From Cyanobacteria bacterium auto_48_18 (GTDB lineage Bacteria; Cyanobacteriota; Vampirovibrionia; Obscuribacterales; Obscuribacteraceae), in NCBI GenBank assembly GCA_036170915.1, contig JAVHQC010000026.1:79404-143403 (forward strand): DNA of 64,000 bases, given 5' to 3'. Under the pieces are notes generated by a model. The model saw nothing but the letters and a program-made list of their open reading frames with translations, did no database searches and had not been told where the DNA came from. Below, piece after piece: positions 29,083-38,164 of this stretch (position 1 is the stretch's first letter; each line of letters starts with the position of its first letter). Made by a program: the position numbers and the translations under genes.

Positions 29083-30876
29083 TTGCACGGAAAAGTTGAT
29101 TTAGGCAAAGCTAAAGGTCTTAAACAGTCCGAGATTAAGAAGCTAAATCGGTTATTGCAGCAGCGTATACCTAAAGACAAAATCATCACCATCGAGTTGG
29201 CCGATTCTGTTGCTGAGCTCTCGCACGAAACTGGTTATCCGCTTTCGCTTGTGGTCAATCGCCGTGGTCAGGTAGTAAATGTTACTGTCGGTCAGCCTTT
29301 TGAAGTGGACATGCCTGAACTGCGTGGTGTGCGAGTCGGACCCGGCCGGCTTTGCGGCCATCGCATTATTCATACCCGCCTCGACGACCGCAAAGCGGCC
29401 AGTGCTGAGCTCAAAAGCCAGGGGTCAAAAGATACAAGCCAGGGGGCCTCACCCAATAAAGCCAATCCTGAAAAAGAAATTGTTTCCAAAGAGAACTTAC
29501 AGTGTCTCGCTCGCAATCGCTTAGATTTGTTGGCGCAAGTGGGAGTTAATCCCGCCGGTACGTTCAGTCGCAGCAAAGGTGAACAGTCGAAGATAGCCGA
29601 TGTGGTTCACATTGCTCATTTGCTCCCCGGTCGCGATGCCGAAGGCAAAATTTGGAAAATTATGCCTGGGTCAACAGCTCGGCGTGCTCAAGACGATAAT
29701 TTTGAAGAGCTGATCAGTGCCCTTGAGCAAGAATTTCGCACACAGGCGCCAGGTCTGGCGGTTGCTGAAGGCGAAGAGCGTGCTTATCTAATTGGTCTGG
29801 TAAGCGATGGTACTGATGCCTGGCAGGTTGAAGACGACCTGGACGAGTTGGCACAACTCTCTAGAACTGCGGGAGCCACTGTTTGCGGGCGTCTGATGCA
29901 AACGCGGCAACAGCCAGACCCTAAATATTTCTTTGGCTCAGGCAAAATGCAGGAAGTCGCCCTTCACATGCAAGAACTGGGCGCAACGCTGCTTGTGGTT
30001 GATCAAGAGTTGACTCCTAATCAGAAGCGCAATATTGAAGAAGTGGTTGGCGTTAAAGTTATTGATCGCACTGAGTTGATTCTCGATATTTTTGCCCAGC
30101 GTGCACAAACCAAAGAAGGAAAATTGCAAGTCGAACTGGCACAAATGAAATATTTATTGCCGCGGCTGATCGGTAAAGGCGACAATCTATCAAGGCTGGG
30201 GGGTGGAATTGGCACCAGGGGCCCAGGAGAAACCAAGCTCGAAATCGATCGCCGGCGTATTCGCGAAAAAATCACTCTGCTTGAAACCGACGCAGAGCGC
30301 ATCGGCAATTATCGAGATGTGCAGCGTAAAAGACGCATCAATGAACATTTGCCGGTGGTGGCACTGACCGGTTATACAAACTCCGGTAAATCGACTTTGC
30401 TCAATGCCTTGACCAAAGCCGACGTTTTCACTCAAGACAAATTGTTCGCCACTCTAGATCCAACAACAAGACGAACTACTCTTCCTGATCACAGCCCTGT
30501 GCTTGTGTCCGATACGGTAGGCTTTATCAAGAAATTGCCCACGTCTTTAGTGACGGCTTTTCGCGCCACTCTTGAAGAAGTTGCAGTGGCCGATGTTCTT
30601 GTGCATGTTGTCGATGCTTCGCATCCTAATGTGTTGGAACATATTAGCGCTGTGCACGACGTTCTCAGTGATCTCGGCGCCGTAGATAAACCGATGATTA
30701 CGGTTTTGAATAAGGCCGATATTGTGCGCAAGGAAGATCTGGCATGGTTAGTTGCTCAAGTGCCTAATCCGGTGGTGGCATCTGCAAAAATTCGATTTGG
30801 CTTGGGCACCATTTTGAGCAAAATACAAGAAGTGATTTCAGAGGTTTGTCCCGAGCGGCAGAAATACAGTGCCTGA
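29083..30876 (+). CDS. hflX: GTPase HflX with long N-terminal extension
   Basis: GYTNSGKSTL, DKLFATLDPT, DTVGFI, NKAD, GIGTRGPGETKLE. TTG 29083 follows SD gaggt (track start 29017). Confidence 0.93.
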   Translation: MHGKVDLGKAKGLKQSEIKKLNRLLQQRIPKDKIITIELADSVAELSHETGYPLSLVVNRRGQVVNVTVGQPFEVDMPELRGVRVGPGRLCGHRIIHTRLDDRKAASAELKSQGSKDTSQGASPNKANPEKEIVSKENLQCLARNRLDLLAQVGVNPAGTFSRSKGEQSKIADVVHIAHLLPGRDAEGKIWKIMPGSTARRAQDDNFEELISALEQEFRTQAPGLAVAEGEERAYLIGLVSDGTDAWQVEDDLDELAQLSRTAGATVCGRLMQTRQQPDPKYFFGSGKMQEVALHMQELGATLLVVDQELTPNQKRNIEEVVGVKVIDRTELILDIFAQRAQTKEGKLQVELAQMKYLLPRLIGKGDNLSRLGGGIGTRGPGETKLEIDRRRIREKITLLETDAERIGNYRDVQRKRRINEHLPVVALTGYTNSGKSTLLNALTKADVFTQDKLFATLDPTTRRTTLPDHSPVLVSDTVGFIKKLPTSLVTAFRATLEEVAVADVLVHVVDASHPNVLEHISAVHDVLSDLGAVDKPMITVLNKADIVRKEDLAWLVAQVPNPVVASAKIRFGLGTILSKIQEVISEVCPERQKYSA

Positions 30877-30894
30877 ATAGGCCAGTGAGGCGAA

Positions 30895-32043
30895 GTGGTA
30901 TCAAGTAACTCGGTTGAAGCCAATGAACTCTTGCGCAGAGCATGTCTGAAGCGCGAAGTGGAAGATTTTGCTGGCGCTTTGGCAGATCTGCAAGCTACAG
31001 GATTGACTGAAGGCGAGCCGGGTTTGGTACTACTGGCGGTGCAGGCGCGTTGCGCTGAGAGAGATGGCAAAGATGCTGTTCGTCATTACGTTGATCAAAT
31101 TGAGGTACGTTACAAAGAAATAAAAGCGGTCGCTGCTATTCCGACCATGCTTATCTTCCGTGCCATGTGCGAGCTTGGTCGTGCTCATGCTGCAGCGCAT
31201 GATAATGAGCTGGCTGGTCAGACCTTTAGAACGGCTTTAGGCCTGGCCCAGGATGAGTTTGGTAAAGATAGCCTGGAGATGATCTATCCGGCTATTTGTC
31301 TGGCCATGCATCATGAAGAGCAGAAAAGCAATCTTCTGGCTCTAGCACTGGCCCGAGATGCCGTTGATAATTTAAGGCACCGTACCGCTCAGGTCAAAGA
31401 TCCATCATTGTTGCTGGCTGGTTTGCTGACTATAAGCAATTGCGCTTTTCTTGAACATCGGTACGCTCTGGCTTTGCAAGCCGCTGAAGAGGCTCTAGAC
31501 CTTGTAAGAATGCATTCACTCTCGCCTGACACCGGCGATCGTCTGCAGAAGTGCATAATTGTCAAAATGTTGGCATTGAATAAACTCGATCGCCACCAGG
31601 AAGCCAAAGATACTGGCGAAGTTTTTGTTGAAAAATTAGAAGCGAAATATGGTCGTTATTCGGCCAGATTGCTAGAACCGCTCTGTCACATGGCCTCTAT
31701 CTACGACCGCCTTGGTGCCCGCAGCAAATCTGCCAAGGCTCTGGATCAAGCTCTAGTAATTGTTAGTCAAATTGTAGAGGATCGTCCTTTTGAAAATATT
31801 GAGCATATGAACGAAGACGGCATCAAAGTTGAAAGCATGCCTTTTAAAGAGTATGAAGTACTTAACCGGCTTTCAGAAAGCTATATTTTGCAGGGCAAGT
31901 TCGTTGAAGCCTTTAAGCTTTACCCAGCCTCAATGCGGGCGCGCTATACCACTTATGTAGCCTCATCCACTAATATTGTTGATATGATGGCAAAGCGCTT
32001 GCAAGAATTCGACGAAGAAAGACAGCGCAAGCAAAAATATTAG
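30895..32043 (+). CDS. TPR-like helical repeat protein
   Basis: Repeated amphipathic helices (ALGLAQDEFGKDS, LEAKYGRYS). Confidence 0.65.
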   Translation: MVSSNSVEANELLRRACLKREVEDFAGALADLQATGLTEGEPGLVLLAVQARCAERDGKDAVRHYVDQIEVRYKEIKAVAAIPTMLIFRAMCELGRAHAAAHDNELAGQTFRTALGLAQDEFGKDSLEMIYPAICLAMHHEEQKSNLLALALARDAVDNLRHRTAQVKDPSLLLAGLLTISNCAFLEHRYALALQAAEEALDLVRMHSLSPDTGDRLQKCIIVKMLALNKLDRHQEAKDTGEVFVEKLEAKYGRYSARLLEPLCHMASIYDRLGARSKSAKALDQALVIVSQIVEDRPFENIEHMNEDGIKVESMPFKEYEVLNRLSESYILQGKFVEAFKLYPASMRARYTTYVASSTNIVDMMAKRLQEFDEERQRKQKY

Positions 32044-32051
32044 CTCTTCGC

Positions 32052-33440
32052 TTAAAAGCGCAGATTGCCAATGCCCCGGTAGAGCATACGATTGACACTG
32101 CGATTAAGTTGTCTGGAGACTTGCTTGCCGGTTTGCGATACTATGCGTGGTGCCCGCATAGGGTGATGAACAGCGGGTCTTCGCACCTGTTGCTGGGGCA
32201 CGAATACATTACTGCCGGTATTGTTTAAAGTGCCACTGCCGGTGCTACCAAGGTTTGGATTAAAGACAGCGCCTTTTTGCGGCATGACTGTCTGCATCAT
32301 ATTCATAATTGCCGGCATAAAACCAGCCGCGGATCCCTGACTGAAAGCAGGCATAGCCTGCCCACCACCATTTGCGCCCATATTCATACTGGCGCCGTTG
32401 CCCATATTGCCCATATTGCCCATGTTGCCCATGTTTCCCGAAGACTGTACTCCGCCCTGCAATTGTTCTTGCTCAAGTACGTCCCCTAGCAGTGGTGCTT
32501 GCCCAGTAGCTTGCTGTTGACTTTGTCCTGCAGGCCTGAACGAGCTGGGTGGAAAAGCTGGTGGGCTACTGTTGTTATTGTTGAAATTATTACCGCCATT
32601 ACTATTGTTATTTGTTACCGGCGTATTCCATTGCGACTGGTTAGTTTGTTGTGGTGGCTGATAGTTGCCCACACCCTGGCTGGAAAAGGCACCAGCATTA
32701 TTATTATTATTATTATTATTATTGTTTGCTTGTGGCTGTGATCCGCTGTTCGGAGTAACCCACCCCGATGTGCCCATACTGCTACTTTGATTGGCACCGC
32801 CCATGCCACCACTTACTCCACCGCCCATGCCACCACTTACTCCATTGCCTATGTTACCGCTGTTACCACTCATATCACTGGTATCAGTCGTGCCACCAGG
32901 TGTATTCCAGCCTGATGAGCCGATTTGACCACCAGAATTTGAATTGCCTTGGCTATAATTTGCCGGTGCTTGCGTGTTCGTCACCCAACCCTGACCACCT
33001 TGCTGCGTGTCTTGGGTAGATTGATCCATGTCGCCACTGGGTTCTACCCAATCGCTGGCGCCTTGCTGGCTGCTCTGCTGTTGGGCACCATTTCCACTAG
33101 TGCCAGAACCCATCTGCTGCCATTCAGATTGCCCCACAGGCTGTTGTCGTTGTTGAAACTGTACAGGTTGCTGAGTAGAAAATTGAGGTGAACCTTGCTG
33201 TACATTTGGCTTCAGAGGTGCTAATTTGGCCACCGGCTTTTTCACTGCCACCGCAGTTTTTTTAACAGCTGCCTTATTATTTAAGAAGGCACCTGGCGGT
33301 TGATTTGCCCAAGTCTGGCTGTCATTGAACGGATTCTGAGCATTTACTGCTTGTACTGTCAGGCAAGACACTGCCAGACAAGATACGGTCAGAGTGGCAG
33401 CCATAGCCATGGTGCCTGTATGTAATTTGGACCGCTTCAT
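32052..33440 (-). CDS. Secreted low-complexity (G/N/Q/S/M-rich) protein with basic C-terminus
   Basis: Signal peptide ending AVNA/Q; poly-N and MGN repeats; regularly spaced Trp. Confidence 0.75.
   Translation of the reverse strand: MKRSKLHTGTMAMAATLTVSCLAVSCLTVQAVNAQNPFNDSQTWANQPPGAFLNNKAAVKKTAVAVKKPVAKLAPLKPNVQQGSPQFSTQQPVQFQQRQQPVGQSEWQQMGSGTSGNGAQQQSSQQGASDWVEPSGDMDQSTQDTQQGGQGWVTNTQAPANYSQGNSNSGGQIGSSGWNTPGGTTDTSDMSGNSGNIGNGVSGGMGGGVSGGMGGANQSSSMGTSGWVTPNSGSQPQANNNNNNNNNNAGAFSSQGVGNYQPPQQTNQSQWNTPVTNNNSNGGNNFNNNNSSPPAFPPSSFRPAGQSQQQATGQAPLLGDVLEQEQLQGGVQSSGNMGNMGNMGNMGNGASMNMGANGGGQAMPAFSQGSAAGFMPAIMNMMQTVMPQKGAVFNPNLGSTGSGTLNNTGSNVFVPQQQVRRPAVHHPMRAPRIVSQTGKQVSRQLNRSVNRMLYRGIGNLRF
32697..32723 (-). 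repeat. Perfect (AAT)9 microsatellite encoding poly-Asn
   Basis: (att)9 on the + strand. Confidence 0.95.
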
Positions 33441-33448
33441 CTTAGCTC

Positions 33449-34537
33449 CTAACGATTGATCATACGATTGATGAGCAGATTCATCATTCCGCCGTTGTTG
33501 TTGTATCCGTATGGGTTGCCGTAGCCATTCATGCCGCCCATGCCGTTCATCATGCCGCCCATGCCGTAACCATTCATGCCACCCATACCGTTCATCATGC
33601 CGCCCATACCATTCATACCACCAAAGCCGCCTAAGCCGCCCATACTCCCCATCATGTTGTTGCCGCCGAGCATGCGGCCCATCATGCTGGTATTGTTACC
33701 CATCATGCCGCCCATCATGCCGGTGTTACCACCCAACATGCTGCCAGCCGCACGCGCAGCCATGACAGTACCTAAAGTTTTTACCAGCGCCGAACCCACA
33801 GCCGCAGCCTTACTCGGCTGTCCAGGGGCTTCGGCTGTTGTAGCCGTCGGGGTTGCGGTATTGTCGTCAAACTCAGTGGGCCAGTTTGGATCGGCCGCCG
33901 CAGGTTGAGTAGCCGCTGGTTGCTGGTCAAATTGATTTTGTTGCACCGAACCTTCTACAGGTGCATTGGTAGACTGTGGTGTGAAGCCACTATTCTGTTG
34001 GTATCCCTGACCTTGGTAATTTCCTGAGGGTTGAAATCCTTGAATCTGGCCTAGCGGCCCACCTTGAGGCTGAAAAGCTGGTGGCTGCTGACCCTGCTGA
34101 GCCTGTTGAAACTGCTGAGATTGATATGCCGGTTGCTGATAGCTTTGCTGCGGATTTCCTTGATAACCTGGTGGTGCCTGCACGGGCTGCTGGAAATTGC
34201 CAGGCTGCTGATAGTTTTGGGGCTGAAAATTCTGGCCCTGATTAGAATAATTTGGTGCCACTTGCGGTGGCGCCCCATTTTGCAAGGGTACAGAAGAGTT
34301 TGAATTTTGGTATTGATTTTGAATCTGATTTTGATTGACTTGTTGTTGGCTCTGGTTAGTGCTTTGCACAAAGCTACCTGGTGGTGCGTTACCACCTTGA
34401 GCAAGAGTCGGTGCGGCCAAAGTAATGCTCAAGCCAATGCCAGCACTGAGACCGATTGCCATTATTTGCAGCGAAGCGCTCGTCATTGAAACGAGCGCCT
34501 TGCGGATTGCTACTTTCGCACTTTTGCTATTTTGCAT
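33449..34537 (-). CDS. Secreted low-complexity protein (Q/P-rich N-half, G/M/N-rich C-half)
   Basis: Long signal ending PTLA/Q; QQP repeats; GGMMNG repeats. Confidence 0.75.
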   Translation of the reverse strand: MQNSKSAKVAIRKALVSMTSASLQIMAIGLSAGIGLSITLAAPTLAQGGNAPPGSFVQSTNQSQQQVNQNQIQNQYQNSNSSVPLQNGAPPQVAPNYSNQGQNFQPQNYQQPGNFQQPVQAPPGYQGNPQQSYQQPAYQSQQFQQAQQGQQPPAFQPQGGPLGQIQGFQPSGNYQGQGYQQNSGFTPQSTNAPVEGSVQQNQFDQQPAATQPAAADPNWPTEFDDNTATPTATTAEAPGQPSKAAAVGSALVKTLGTVMAARAAGSMLGGNTGMMGGMMGNNTSMMGRMLGGNNMMGSMGGLGGFGGMNGMGGMMNGMGGMNGYGMGGMMNGMGGMNGYGNPYGYNNNGGMMNLLINRMINR

Positions 34538-34574
34538 ACAGGCCTCATTGCCTTTTACTTGTGACCTATATTTG

Positions 34575-35795
34575 TTATCTGCTGATAGACAAACTGCTGG
34601 TGCGTACAGGCTTCAGGCTGGCGATTTTCTCTTTCAAGCAGGAGATGGCCACTTTCATTTGCTTGTCTTTGTCTGGCTCGTTAATGTCTGGAATGACGCC
34701 CACTTTATTGATATCAGCACCAGCAGCAGTGAGGTAACGGCTCACGGTGATATGAATGGCAGCTCCACCTGGTAGGCGGTTAATTTCTTGAACCAGTCCT
34801 TTGCCGTAAGTAGACTTACCAACAAGAACTGCACGGCCGTTATCTTTGAGTGCGCTGGCAAGAATTTCGGAAGCGCTAGCCGACTCTTCATCTACAAGAA
34901 GTACGATAGGCTGATGGGTAGCTGGTTCACCTGAAGCAATATCAGTGTGACGGCCATGGCGGCTGACAGTACTGACGATGGCACCACCCTCAAGAAGCAT
35001 GTCTGAAATTTCCAGAGCGTTCGAGAGCAACCCGCCTGGATTGTCGCGCAAATCAACGATCAAGCCGTCAGCGCGTGAGAGTTTGCTCAAGGCAGCTTTA
35101 AATTCACGGGAGGCATCATTGGAAATAAAAGTTGAGAGATTGATGTAACCAATGTTGTTCGGCATCATTTTCGAGCTGACAGCATGAATGACAATTTCCT
35201 GACGGGTTATGTTGACCGTGCGCACTGTTGTGTTGCCTTCGCCTTTGAGGCTTAGTTGCACAGGACTTCCGGCTTTACCGCGGATTTTGTCGGCGGCTTG
35301 CTCAGGTGTCATGCCTACTGCAGATGTTCCGTCAATTCCGACAATTTCGTCTTTGCAGCGCACGCCGGCCAGTTCAGCCGGTCCGCCGTCAATGGTGCGT
35401 GTGACTACAAGGCGCTGCAAATCTTTTGTCTGTTGAAGGTTAATGCCGATGCCAACTATGCGTGCATCGATAGCATCATTTTCGTCCTGGAAAGCGCGTG
35501 GATCTAGGTATCTGGTGTAAGGATCGTTCAGACTCTCGAGCATCACTTTGATGTATTTTTGAGCGTCAGCCGGTGTTTTGATTTGGCTGTCAAATTTGTG
35601 CTCGAACTCGTTCCAGTTTTTGCCGTTGAAATTGCCGTCGTAGTAATTCTCGTGCACCAACTGCCAGGCGCGGTGATAGGTATCAACCGGCAAGGCACGA
35701 TGACCTGACGCTGGCTGTTGGTAGACCGAAGTTAAGGTCAAACAAACAAGCACGACAATAGTAGCTATGCGCTTCAACTGGCTCATAGAGAACAC
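34575..35795 (-). CDS. ctpA: C-terminal processing protease (S41 family, PDZ)
   Basis: LNDPYTRY, GIGI PDZ, DLRDNPGGLL, SASASEI, TYGKGLVQ. Confidence 0.93.
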   Translation of the reverse strand: MFSMSQLKRIATIVVLVCLTLTSVYQQPASGHRALPVDTYHRAWQLVHENYYDGNFNGKNWNEFEHKFDSQIKTPADAQKYIKVMLESLNDPYTRYLDPRAFQDENDAIDARIVGIGINLQQTKDLQRLVVTRTIDGGPAELAGVRCKDEIVGIDGTSAVGMTPEQAADKIRGKAGSPVQLSLKGEGNTTVRTVNITRQEIVIHAVSSKMMPNNIGYINLSTFISNDASREFKAALSKLSRADGLIVDLRDNPGGLLSNALEISDMLLEGGAIVSTVSRHGRHTDIASGEPATHQPIVLLVDEESASASEILASALKDNGRAVLVGKSTYGKGLVQEINRLPGGAAIHITVSRYLTAAGADINKVGVIPDINEPDKDKQMKVAISCLKEKIASLKPVRTSSLSISR

Positions 35796-35923
35796 CTGAA
35801 TATGAAAGTAAGACCGAACCGTTTACGCCTCACCCGAGGGAAGCATCACTATGTTCGTATCTCTTTTATTCCCACCAACAATGATTTTCATCGCCTGAAG
35901 ATTAAACGTTTGCGCTTGGCAAC

Positions 35924-37549
35924 CTACTTTTTTGCATTTTCATTGTTTTTTTTATGAGCCGCATCTTTGAAGCCATATTCCGCCCATCGGCTCGCTACCT
36001 GATCCTTAACCTCTTCAGACATGACAATGGGAGTGGGCCATTCGCGCTCAAATCCTTCTGATTTCCACTTGCGAGTGGCATCGATGCCAACTTTTGAACC
36101 ATATCCCATTAGTGGCGAGGCATGGTCGAGTATATCTACCGGCCCTTCCACGAACATCATGTCGCGCTTGGGGTCGGTATTGCCAAAAACGTGCAAGGCT
36201 ACCTCTGAGAGATTGTGCACGTCTACGTCTTTGTCTACAACGATGGCAAACTTGGTGAACATCATCTGACCCAGGCCCCAGATGGCACTCATTACTTTGC
36301 GAGCATGGCCGGGAAAGCGTTTGTCGATGGCCACAATCACGCAATTATGGAATACCCCTTCCCAGGGCAAATTCATATCTGTAATCTCAGGCACCAGCAT
36401 CTGCACCATAGGCATAAAGATGCGCTCGGTGGCTTTGCCTAAAAAACAGTCTTCTTGAGGCGGTTTGCCTACGATAGTGGTTTGATAAATCGGGTTTTTT
36501 CTGTGGGTTACAGCAGTGACATGATAGACAGGAAAAAGCCCGGCCAGGCTGTAAAAGCCCGTATGGTCGCCAAAAGGCCCTTCTCGCTTCAGATCTTTCT
36601 GGTCCACATATCCTTCTATAACAATTTCGGCTGAGGCCGGCACTTCGAGGTCGATGGTTTTACATTTGGCCAGGCGTACCGGGCTCTGCCTGAGGAAACC
36701 GGCAAATATTAACTCGTCTATTTCGGGTGGTAGCGGTGCTGTGGCAGCATAAGTAATCGACGGATCAGCGCCGATTACTACAGCTACCTCCAGTCGGTTG
36801 CCCGGCTTTTCGTATTGTTCTTTTTCAAAGAAAGTGCCGTAATTTGGCGGCTCGCTTGGTTGCCCCGCCGGTGAATCGGGGTGAAGAGCGGCACCATTGC
36901 CCGATTGAGTTGCATTCGTGATTGAATCTCGCCTGGAGTTTTCGAAATTTTTGGCGCCGTCATGATGTTTATGCCAGTGCATTCCGGTGGTGGAATTATC
37001 GAATTTTTGCAGCCGATACATACCCACATTGCGGTTGCCGTTGTGCGGATCTTTAGTAATGATCGCTCCCATGGTAATGAATGGACCACCGTCTTCTGGC
37101 CAGCAGGTAATGATTGGAATTTTGTCCAGCATCGGATCATTTGGGTTGGTGATCACGACTTCCTGACAGGGTGCCGGACCGCTAACGACTTTAGGGGGAA
37201 ATTTTCCCACTTCCATAATTGTGGGAAGGAAAGCCAGTTTAGCCATAAAACTTTCAGGCACTTTTGGCTTGATGAAAACGCGAATGCGGTCGGCGATGGT
37301 GTCGAGGTCGTCGACTTCAAGCGACAGACACATTCTTTTCATCGAGCCTTGCGCGTTGATGAGCACCGGCATGTCATAGCCAATAACGTTTTCAAAAAGG
37401 ATAGCTTTGTTTTCGCTGCCTGGCAGTTTGCTTACTCGGTCAGTGATTTCGGCAATTTCAAGATGAGCCGAGACCGGTACTTTGATGCGCATTAGCTCGC
37501 CAGCCTTGTCTAAAGCTTCGATGAATTCGCGCAGATCGTTATAAGCCAT
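35924..37549 (-). CDS. UbiD-family decarboxylase, menaquinone (futalosine pathway) type
   Basis: AYNDLREFI, WPEDGGPFIT, NVGMYRLQ, EGPFGDHTGFY, MSAIWGLGQMMFTK, GSKVGIDAT. Confidence 0.9.
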   Translation of the reverse strand: MAYNDLREFIEALDKAGELMRIKVPVSAHLEIAEITDRVSKLPGSENKAILFENVIGYDMPVLINAQGSMKRMCLSLEVDDLDTIADRIRVFIKPKVPESFMAKLAFLPTIMEVGKFPPKVVSGPAPCQEVVITNPNDPMLDKIPIITCWPEDGGPFITMGAIITKDPHNGNRNVGMYRLQKFDNSTTGMHWHKHHDGAKNFENSRRDSITNATQSGNGAALHPDSPAGQPSEPPNYGTFFEKEQYEKPGNRLEVAVVIGADPSITYAATAPLPPEIDELIFAGFLRQSPVRLAKCKTIDLEVPASAEIVIEGYVDQKDLKREGPFGDHTGFYSLAGLFPVYHVTAVTHRKNPIYQTTIVGKPPQEDCFLGKATERIFMPMVQMLVPEITDMNLPWEGVFHNCVIVAIDKRFPGHARKVMSAIWGLGQMMFTKFAIVVDKDVDVHNLSEVALHVFGNTDPKRDMMFVEGPVDILDHASPLMGYGSKVGIDATRKWKSEGFEREWPTPIVMSEEVKDQVASRWAEYGFKDAAHKKNNENAKK

Positions 37550-37658
37550 ATTAAAACTCCAGTTACAGATTCAATTCTAGAACTTGCAGCGGTCAGAAGA
37601 CATATAAAGAACTCGATTGTTATAAAGGGTTTGATTGAATGCACGGTTTACAAGTGAG

Positions 37659-37667
37659 TGCTAAGCT
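37659..37667 (+). promoter_or_regulatory. Extended -10 promoter element (TGcTAAGCT)
   Basis: TGn plus TAAGCT upstream of an SD-led small ORF and the structured region. Confidence 0.4.
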
Positions 37668-37703
37668 GGAAGATGGTCATATTGATATGTATGAGGTCTG
37701 ATT

Positions 37704-37802
37704 ATGCACCGCGTTTTTGCTTGTTTCTTTTGCCTGATGGCAGCTTCGTGGTTAGGTTTTCAATGTTTGACTGCTTGTATGCTTAATCGGCCTGGTGCCT
37801 GA
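37704..37802 (+). CDS. Putative 32-aa hydrophobic Cys-containing peptide (MHRVFACFFCLMAASWLGFQCLTACMLNRPGA)
   Basis: SD gaggt 37693-37697, 6-nt spacer, ATG 37704, TGA 37800-37802. Below the ORF-track size cutoff. Confidence 0.35.
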   Translation: MHRVFACFFCLMAASWLGFQCLTACMLNRPGA

Positions 37803-37959
37803 CTTGTTCACAAGTAGATATGCAAAATATATCTATATTCCTCTAGCTAGATCATTTGCCTGGTTCAGGTGCTTGGCTATCGAATGTCGTATCGAAACCC
37901 GCATCATCAGCTAGCTTGAGTGGATGCTGTGAATATACAAAAGATCTTCATCGGGGGAC

Positions 37960-37987
37960 TTCACAGCAATGCAATTTTCGCTATACT
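37960..37987 (+). promoter_or_regulatory. Sigma70-like promoter TTCACA-N16-TATACT
   Basis: -35 at 37960-37965 and -10 at 37982-37987. No gene lies downstream before the terminator. Confidence 0.45.
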
Positions 37988-38164
37988 AATTACATAAGCG
38001 GTGAGCACACACCAATAAATAAGTTGTGTGCTTTGAGCCGAGGGGTTAAGTGGAAACTTCAGGTCTGCGCAGACCGGAAACTGTAGCGATACCCGCTGAC
38101 TGTGGATTCTGACTTGAAGCAGTGAGAAATATCGAGCCTACGCAATAGGCAGTCAGACGATAGT

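Noticed and set aside
29083..29760. HflX N-terminal extension as a novelty
   Set aside because: Long N-terminal extensions are, to my knowledge, already known in cyanobacterial-type HflX.
38050..38112. 20-codon GTG ORF after gagggg
   Set aside because: Short SD spacing and unremarkable composition; RNA structure explains the sequence better.
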